Position numbers and translations under genes: made by a program
In this document: positions 27,736 to 32,000 of the stretch, piece by piece
How the letters are laid out: the number at the start of each line of letters is the position of its first letter
How positions within the stretch are numbered: the first letter of the stretch is position 1
Origin: Desulfocapsa sulfexigens DSM 10523
Lineage (GTDB): Bacteria; Desulfobacterota; Desulfobulbia; Desulfobulbales; Desulfocapsaceae
NCBI RefSeq assembly: GCF_000341395.1
Contig: NC_020304.1
Location: forward strand, 1,800,001 to 1,832,000
DNA: 32,000 nt
Reading direction: 5' to 3'
Notes under the pieces: generated by a model
The model's database searches: none
Seen by the model: the letters and a program-made list of their open reading frames with translations, nothing else
Told to the model about the DNA's origin: nothing

Positions 27736-28842
27736 ATGTCGCAACCTTCAGTAATTGACTGGATGGCGCTAAGCTTTGTTCCTGGTCTCGGAAGCAAAGG
27801 CCTTGTGCAGTTGCTCTCCCACTTCGGTAGTCCGCGGGAAGTATTTCTGGCAGGTAAGAAGGGAGTGAGTGACAGTGGAGTCCGAAAAAATGTTGCTGCC
27901 GGTTTTGCAGATTCCGCGTCTCTCTATCGGAAAGCAGAAACTCTCCTGAAACGTCTGCAGAGTGGTGGTGCAGATGCTGTTTGTTTTGATGATCCCCGTT
28001 ACCCCCAGCTCTTAAAGGAGATTGCAGATTCGCCCCCGGTGCTCTACGTGCAAGGGCGTATTGCACTACTGAGTTCTTTGTGCATTGGAATGGTTGGTTC
28101 TCGTGCGGCGACGGGCTATGGCAAGCGGAGCAGCTTTTCGCTGGCACGGGCTCTGGCGTCATCGGGAGTAACAGTGGTTTCCGGCTTAGCTGCAGGTATT
28201 GACAGTGAGGCGCATCGTGGTGCTCTGTCGGTACGAGGGGCAACGATCGGTGTTCTTGGCTGCGGTCTTGATGTCGTCTACCCACGGCAAAATGGTGCCC
28301 TGTATGATCAGATTCGCAGAGACGGACTTCTTGTCAGTGAATATCCATTGGGAACGCGACCGGATGGTTTTCGATTTCCAGCTAGAAACCGGATTATTGC
28401 CGGATTGAGCAAGGGAGTTCTGGTTGTGGAGGCGGCAAAAAAATCGGGATCTTTAATCACGGCGGAAATGGCTCTTGATGAAGGTCGGGAAGTTTTTGCA
28501 GTACCGGGCCAGATTGATTCTTTTAAGAGCACGGGTACTCACTGGCTGTTGCAGCAGGGCGCAAATCTTGTACAATCGGTGGACGATATTCTGGCCGGAC
28601 TTGGTTGTGATTTGAATGGAACTGGGAGCAATGAACAGACTCTGGGGGATTCCTCTTGTGATAATATTGGTCCAGAGGCACGTGAGTTACTGAAAAAGAT
28701 CGATGTGTATGCCATACCAAGGAATGAACTGATAGCGGTCTCAGGACTTGGGTCTGCCAAAGTAACAGAGTTGTTGCTTCTCCTTGAGCTGGAAGGATTG
28801 ATAGAGATGTTGCCGGGGGATGAAGTAAGGTGTGTTGTGTGA
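27736..28842 (+). CDS. dprA: DNA-processing protein DprA
   Basis: Motifs GMVGSRAATGYG, SGLAAGIDSEAH, FPARNRIIAGLS, plus a C-terminal winged-helix-like tail. The ORF-track start at 27700 lies inside the rpoD terminator hairpin, so I prefer the in-frame ATG at 27736 (MSQPSVIDW...). Confidence 0.88.
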   Translation: MSQPSVIDWMALSFVPGLGSKGLVQLLSHFGSPREVFLAGKKGVSDSGVRKNVAAGFADSASLYRKAETLLKRLQSGGADAVCFDDPRYPQLLKEIADSPPVLYVQGRIALLSSLCIGMVGSRAATGYGKRSSFSLARALASSGVTVVSGLAAGIDSEAHRGALSVRGATIGVLGCGLDVVYPRQNGALYDQIRRDGLLVSEYPLGTRPDGFRFPARNRIIAGLSKGVLVVEAAKKSGSLITAEMALDEGREVFAVPGQIDSFKSTGTHWLLQQGANLVQSVDDILAGLGCDLNGTGSNEQTLGDSSCDNIGPEARELLKKIDVYAIPRNELIAVSGLGSAKVTELLLLLELEGLIEMLPGDEVRCVV

Positions 28843-28963
28843 CACGGGAAAGTGATGAACGATGCAGAGTTCTGTTGTTGGGGGAAACGGATAAATATGT
28901 TATGTGCTGAGTATGAATCCAGCTGTAGCAATATATTTTAACAGAAATAAATAGAGGAAGACC

Positions 28964-29644
28964 ATGCTTGATATTCAATTTGCGCCATCCATCTTATCTG
29001 CAGATTTTACCCGTCTAGGGGAGGAAATAGCAGCTGTTGACCAGGCAGGTGCCGAAATTATTCATATTGATGTTATGGATGGTCATTTTGTGCCTAACAT
29101 AACTATTGGTCCACTTGTGGTGAAAGCGGCAAGGAAGGCAACAGGTAAAATCCTTGATGTGCATTTGATGATTCGTGATGCAGATGCCTATATTGATGAC
29201 TTTGCTGCGGCAGGAGCTGATTGGATTACAGTTCATGTGGAAGCCTGTACCCATCTCCATCGAACTGTCGCTCGAATCAGGGAGCTTGGGAAAAAAGCGG
29301 GAGCCGTGCTCAACCCTGCAACCACATTGTCAACACTCGATTATATCCTTGAGGACTTGGATCTGGTGATGCTTATGAGTGTGAATCCAGGATTTGGCGG
29401 GCAGTCTTTTATTGAATCAACCCTTCGCAAAACAGATACCTTGAAAAAACGTATTGATGTTTTGGGCCTTGATGTCGGTATCGAGATAGATGGTGGCATA
29501 AGTCCTCGCACTATAGAGCGGGTGGCCGAGTCAGGAGCTAATATTTTTGTTGCCGGTTCTGCAATTTATGGCTGTGATGATTATGCGTCGGTTATCGATG
29601 AGATGCGTAAACTTGCAGAAGCTGGAAGAGCAAAGCGCGGCTGA
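28964..29644 (+). CDS. rpe: Ribulose-phosphate 3-epimerase
   Basis: 226 aa. Motifs PSILSADF, HIDVMDGHFVPN, MSVNPGFGGQ, IEIDGGI. GAGGAAG RBS. Confidence 0.95.
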   Translation: MLDIQFAPSILSADFTRLGEEIAAVDQAGAEIIHIDVMDGHFVPNITIGPLVVKAARKATGKILDVHLMIRDADAYIDDFAAAGADWITVHVEACTHLHRTVARIRELGKKAGAVLNPATTLSTLDYILEDLDLVMLMSVNPGFGGQSFIESTLRKTDTLKKRIDVLGLDVGIEIDGGISPRTIERVAESGANIFVAGSAIYGCDDYASVIDEMRKLAEAGRAKRG

Positions 29645-29656
29645 GAGGGGACACAT

Positions 29657-31252
29657 ATGGCGAAAAGGCGAAAATCCATATATGAATGCCAGGCATTTTT
29701 GAATCTGAAAGAACTTGCTGAAAACCCATTTGACATGACGGTGGAGGGCGCCTTAGATTCCGAACGCCTGGAGACTTTTGTGTGTAAGGGGATTGAGTTT
29801 GATCTTCTTTATGGCTGCCAGAGGGTAACCACGGATGTTCTGGATTGCCTGCAGTCTCTTGCCGATGAATGTGGACTTGTCGGACAGTATGAGGAGATGC
29901 GGGCAGGGGCTGTTATGAACCGGATCGAACGATATCCATCGGAAGAGCGTCAGGTCCTTCACACCGCCTGCCGCGATGTTTTCTCCAAAACTGCTGCCAA
30001 TGATGCCGCGGTTATTCAGGTAAAAAGAGAACTTGCAAAGTTACAGGAATTTCTGGCAGAAATTGATAACGGCAAAATCAGAAATACTGCAGGAGAAACA
30101 TTTACCAGTTTGATTCATGTGGGGATTGGTGGTTCTGATTTGGGCCCGCGATCAATCTATGAGGCCTTGAAGGCATATGGCCGAAAGGATCGAAAGGTGT
30201 ATTTTGTCTCCAATGTTGACCCTGATGATTCCGCTGCAGTTCTTGACCGTGTTGATCTCTCAAAAACACTTGTTCTGGTGGTTTCAAAAAGTGGTTCGAC
30301 TCTTGAAACCTTGTCGAATGAGAGTCTGGTGCGTAACGCCCTGAAAGAAGCAGGACTCGATCCGGCACGTCATTGCTTGGCGGTCACCGGAGAGTCAAGT
30401 CCCATGGATAATCACGAGCGCTATCTTCGGTCTTTTTATATGTTTGATTATATAGGTGGACGATTCAGTTCCACCTCAATGGTTGGCGCGGTAACGCTCG
30501 GTTTTGCACTCGGCTATAATCAGGTCTTGGAGTTTCTTAAGGGGGCCTGGTTGATGGATGAGGCAGCAGCAGAGAGAAATATCCGCGGCAATATACCCCT
30601 GTTACTGGCCATGCTCGGGGTCTGGAATCACAACTTTCTTGCCATGGATACTGTGGCGATCCTACCATACAGCCAGGGCCTGCATCGTTTTCCTGCACAT
30701 CTGCAACAGTGCGACATGGAGTCCAATGGGAAATCTGTTCAGCGTAACGGAGAGCCCGTGCGATACAAAAGCGGTCCCATTGTATGGGGAGAGCCAGGAA
30801 CCAATGGCCAGCACGCCTTTTATCAGTTGCTTCATCAGGGGACCGAGAAGGTTGCCGTTGAGTTCATCGGCTTCAGGAAAAGTCAACGAAACAGAGATAT
30901 GTGTATCCAGGGAAGTAATTCGCAGCAGAAACTCCTGGCCAATCTTCTGGCCCAGTCTCTTGCTCTGGCAGTCGGAAGGGAAGATGAAAATCCCAATAAA
31001 AACTTTGCGGGAAATCGTTCAAACGTGATACTCATGGGGGAGAGGCTGACTCCAAAAAGTATGGGAGCACTCCTTGCCCTCTATGAGGCGAAGATTGTTT
31101 TTCAAGGGTTCTGCTGGAACGTGAACTCCTTTGACCAGGAGGGGGTTCAACTCGGTAAGGTCCTTGCCGATGAAATACTTGGAGCCATGGCTGAAAAAAG
31201 AAATGGAAAAACCCTTGCAGAGGCCCTTCTGGCAGTGGCAGGAATAAGCTGA
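29657..31252 (+). CDS. pgi: Glucose-6-phosphate isomerase
   Basis: 531 aa. Motifs GIGGSDLGP, GGRFSSTS, QQCDMESNGK, GEPGTNGQHAFYQLLHQGT, GVQLGK. All canonical PGI catalytic positions are present. Confidence 0.9.
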   Translation: MAKRRKSIYECQAFLNLKELAENPFDMTVEGALDSERLETFVCKGIEFDLLYGCQRVTTDVLDCLQSLADECGLVGQYEEMRAGAVMNRIERYPSEERQVLHTACRDVFSKTAANDAAVIQVKRELAKLQEFLAEIDNGKIRNTAGETFTSLIHVGIGGSDLGPRSIYEALKAYGRKDRKVYFVSNVDPDDSAAVLDRVDLSKTLVLVVSKSGSTLETLSNESLVRNALKEAGLDPARHCLAVTGESSPMDNHERYLRSFYMFDYIGGRFSSTSMVGAVTLGFALGYNQVLEFLKGAWLMDEAAAERNIRGNIPLLLAMLGVWNHNFLAMDTVAILPYSQGLHRFPAHLQQCDMESNGKSVQRNGEPVRYKSGPIVWGEPGTNGQHAFYQLLHQGTEKVAVEFIGFRKSQRNRDMCIQGSNSQQKLLANLLAQSLALAVGREDENPNKNFAGNRSNVILMGERLTPKSMGALLALYEAKIVFQGFCWNVNSFDQEGVQLGKVLADEILGAMAEKRNGKTLAEALLAVAGIS

Positions 31253-31268
31253 CAGGGTGCTATTAGTA

Positions 31269-31292
31269 AAAACTGAATATTCATTCAGTTTT
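31269..31292. terminator. AT-rich perfect hairpin after pgi (possible terminator and/or operator)
   Basis: AAAACTGAAT (31269-31278) / ATTCAGTTTT (31283-31292), a 10-bp perfect stem with loop ATTC. The T-run is part of the stem, and the stem is AT-rich, so terminator strength is uncertain. Confidence 0.4.
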
Positions 31293-31316
31293 CCATCGCG
31301 GCAGTTCCGTTTTTTG

Positions 31317-31345
31317 TTGACAAAGGAGACGTTCAGAGATATTCT
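31317..31345 (+). promoter_or_regulatory. Sigma70-like promoter candidate (distal) for dsrA
   Basis: TTGACA (31317-31322), 17-nt spacer, TATTCT (31340-31345). This would give a leader of about 180 nt. Confidence 0.3.
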
Positions 31346-31461
31346 CCCACGCTGAATGACTATTCAATAGTGTATGTTTCATAGTCTGCTGTTTCTATCA
31401 TTAGCGTTGGAAAAAAAAAAGGTAGCAGAGGGAAGTGGTTTTGTTCTCAGGCTGTCAGTTT

Positions 31462-31489
31462 TTGAAGCAACGCTTTTGATGTGTATATT
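31462..31489 (+). promoter_or_regulatory. Sigma70-like promoter candidate (proximal) for dsrA
   Basis: TTGAAG (31462-31467), 16-nt spacer, TATATT (31484-31489). This would give a leader of about 40 nt. Confidence 0.3.
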
Positions 31490-31534
31490 CTGGTAAAGGT
31501 TGAAGTATAACAGTAATTTTAAGGAGGAAAATTC

Positions 31535-32000
31535 ATGGCAAAGCATGATACACCCCTGTTGGACGAGCTTGAAAAAGGCCCGTGGCCGAGCTTCGTTACC
31601 GACATTAAGCGCCAGGCAGAGAAGAACCCAGATTGTTGGGATATTCTCGGTCAGGTTGAACTGTCTTATAAGGATAAAATCACCCATTGGAAACACGGCG
31701 GAATCGTTGGTGTATTCGGATATGGTGGTGGTATCGTTGGTCGTTATTCTGACGTTCCTGCACAGTTTCCAGGTGTTGAGCACTTTCATACCGTTCGTGT
31801 GAATCAGCCAGCATCCAAGTACTACTCCACTGAGAACCTTCGTGCTCTTATGGCGCTCTGGGACAAGCATGGATCCGGTATGACCAATATGCACGGTTCC
31901 ACTGGTGATATCATCCTTCTTGGTTGTCGTACTGAAGCTCTTGAACCCTTCTTCTATGACCTGACCCACGAAATGGGACAGGATCTTGGTGGATCCGGAT
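31535..32000 (+). CDS. dsrA: Dissimilatory sulfite reductase alpha subunit DsrA (5' part, runs off the window)
   Basis: My own translation from ATG 31535, with AAGGAGG RBS at 31521-31527: [30 protein letters not shown]...[57 protein letters not shown]...[18 protein letters not shown]...[12 protein letters not shown]. As I recall it, this is nearly collinear with the Desulfovibrio vulgaris DsrA N-terminus (MAKHATPKLDQLESGPWPSFV..., [55 protein letters not shown]). It is absent from the ORF track because there is no stop codon in the window. Confidence 0.9.
   Translation, partial: MAKHDTPLLDELEKGPWPSFVTDIKRQAEKNPDCWDILGQVELSYKDKITHWKHGGIVGVFGYGGGIVGRYSDVPAQFPGVEHFHTVRVNQPASKYYSTENLRALMALWDKHGSGMTNMHGSTGDIILLGCRTEALEPFFYDLTHEMGQDLGGSG

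Noticed and set aside
31374-31496. 40-codon ORF in the dsrA leader (MFHSLLFLSLALEKKKVAEGSGF...) spanning the A10 tract.
   Set aside because: It has no RBS, and the lysine run is simply the A10 tract read in frame. I could not check conservation. Most likely non-coding leader sequence.
1-32000. Scan for tRNA, rRNA, tmRNA, RNase P or SRP signatures, CRISPR repeats, IS inverted repeats, integrase or transposase ORFs, and defence or toxin-antitoxin gene pairs.
   Set aside because: I saw none by eye. There is no GGTTCGAAT-type T-loop in the intergenic regions, no regularly spaced repeats, and every ORF of 99 aa or more that I accept has a housekeeping assignment except the 238-aa orphan. A covariance-model scan would be needed to exclude small RNAs.

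Overview
This window is core-genome sequence that starts at the replication-initiator locus. It probably comes from a sulfite- or sulfate-respiring member of the Desulfobacterota, possibly Desulfobulbales-like. That guess rests only on a reductive-type DsrA N-terminus at the 3' edge and a GC content that looks slightly below 50% by eye. I can support 26 protein-coding genes. In order they are dnaA, monomeric icd, a HemY-type oxidase (-), htpG, a lipoprotein, pcm, yqaA-family, an MtaD-like deaminase (-), ychF and holB. These are followed by a PSP1/RicT-like protein, metG, yggT, divIVA, yggU, a TPI-like protein, ubiB (-), an HDOD protein (-) and htpX (-). The last seven are a 238-aa orphan (-), dnaG, rpoD, dprA, rpe, pgi and the first 155 codons of dsrA, which the ORF track missed because the gene runs off the window. 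I also list several rho-independent terminators and sigma70-like promoter candidates. I found no tRNA or rRNA genes, CRISPR arrays, IS elements or transposases, integrases, prophage genes, toxin-antitoxin pairs or recognisable defence loci. Composition looks uniform across the window. I do not see a convincing novel multi-gene system here. The observations most worth follow-up are: (1) a triosephosphate-isomerase-like ORF whose catalytic Glu and loop-6 motif are replaced; (2) two copies of a CTGAAT-N4-ATTCA palindrome bracketing a candidate dsrA promoter; (3) an oriC-like DnaA-box cluster plus very C-poor G/T-rich tracts upstream of dnaA, echoed upstream of rpoD; (4) an RpoD N-terminus split into an acidic and a strongly basic half; (5) an unrecognisable 238-aa protein between dnaG and htpX; (6) a 419-bp apparently non-coding gap between htpX and the HDOD gene. 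All functional calls come from motif recognition by eye, with no database searches.
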